From Chiloscyllium plagiosum (lineage: Eukaryota), in the NCBI RefSeq assembly GCF_004010195.1, contig NC_057743.1, positions 28,112,938 to 28,176,937 on the forward strand: DNA of 64,000 bases, given 5' to 3'. The notes beneath the pieces were generated by a model, which searched no databases, had not been told where the DNA came from, and saw only the letters and a list, made by a program, of their open reading frames with translations. The translations under genes and the position numbers were made by a program. Positions 63,763 through 64,000 of the stretch are shown one piece after another. The stretch's first letter is position 1, and each line of letters starts with the position of its first letter.

Positions 63763-63886
63763 AAAAACAGGGTCTGGAAATTCTTTTGTAAGTTTCTGAC
63801 TTCAGCTCAGAATGAAATGATTTCTGAATTTTTTTTTACTGCTGTAATTAAGTGGGGAAATTCAACTTTTGTAAATAGAACATTGA

Positions 63887-64000
<114 letters not shown>

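Overview
Vertebrate genomic DNA, almost certainly from a shark or other elasmobranch (HE1-type V-SINEs, HER1/CR1 LINEs), with two N gaps (31160-31239 and 40541-40968). I reconstructed three spliced host genes by hand, in the order known from human 1p36. PEX10 is on the + strand with 6 coding exons at 1363-5614 (322 aa). RER1 is on the - strand with 6 coding exons at 10261-22620 (196 aa) and a probable non-coding exon 1 in a CpG island at about 38.6 kb. MORN1 is on the + strand, with its first two exons at 58254-58314 and 63903-63974. Most ORFs in the supplied track are decayed retroelement fragments: CR1, Tx1/L1, two Penelope-like (PLE) families, HE1 SINEs and DeuSINE-like SINEs. The most interesting signals are: (1) about a dozen PLE-derived minimal hammerhead-ribozyme motifs, several in short inverted 'bow-tie' inserts with target-site duplications (TSDs); (2) a TSD-bounded, ORF1-only 'half-L1'-like element; (3) a ~500 bp inverted duplication bracketing the MORN1 promoter and exon 1; (4) RER1 and MORN1 promoters about 19.5 kb apart rather than shared; and (5) a near-perfect 121 bp hairpin. 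Repeat boundaries are approximate and family names come from motif recognition, not database searches.
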